This document shows positions 60,668 through 60,794 of a stretch of DNA of 60,794 nt, one piece after another. This DNA comes from Deltaproteobacteria bacterium (GTDB lineage Bacteria > Myxococcota_A > Polyangia > Polyangiales > Houyiibacteriaceae), in assembly GCA_034670305.1 (NCBI GenBank), contig JAXMNT010000045.1:1-60794 (forward strand). The letters are read 5' to 3'. Position numbers and translations under genes: made by a program. The notes below the pieces were generated by a model, which was given only the letters and a program-made list of their open reading frames with translations, was not told the origin of the DNA and did no database searches. Positions within the stretch are counted from its first letter, which is position 1; every line of letters starts with the position of its first letter.

Positions 60668-60794
60668 CTAGCAGGTTGCTGAAGAACGCCCGCAGGGCGT
60701 TCTCGCAGCCTGCCCCTTGCCCCTGCCCTTGCCTTTGCCCTTGCCCGCGGATCAGCGGTCAGATCGCTTGATCAGCGCGACGAGCATCGCGACG
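60668..60794. mobile_element. Second MITE copy (left end; truncated by the window edge)
   Basis: CTAG-CAGGTTGCTGAAGAACGCCCGCAGGGCGTTCTCGCAGCCTGC, near-identical to 5590-5700, with extra hexamer units. Confidence 0.85.

Overview
High-GC bacterial chromosome segment, most consistent with a Myxococcota (Polyangia/Sandaracinus-like) genome. This is inferred from a MYXO-CTERM sorting tail, a GltJ/AgmX-like protein, Ser/Thr kinases, Cys-rich lipoproteins and sigma54 promoters. Core genes: 5' end of tuf with its tRNA cluster (Thr, Tyr, Gly, Thr), etfBA, plsY, pepA, murA-hisG, serB, an acyl-CoA carboxylase pair, an orphan crtB, an amidase and a prolyl oligopeptidase. Main observations: (1) three tandem beta-integrin-like VWA/TSP3 lipoproteins (CglD-like); (2) a CTAG-duplicating 248-bp MITE sitting in the shared stop codons of two convergent genes, with a second copy at the window end; (3) the tuf tRNA operon split by an antisense Zn-phospholipase C-like gene, with a separate promoter for the downstream half; (4) a TGAAT-N4-ATTCA operator shared by a FadR-like TetR gene and the carboxylase operon 38 kb away; (5) a divergent Ser/Thr kinase-REC and Hpt-REC pair; (6) a sigma54-driven small-protein/comEA module; (7) a 3x111-bp fold-back array and GCGAAGC REP-like repeats; (8) six genes with TANNNT-N6-start (leaderless) architecture. 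No CRISPR array, rRNA, transposase, integrase or reverse transcriptase was seen. All family calls come from reading motifs by eye, not from database searches.
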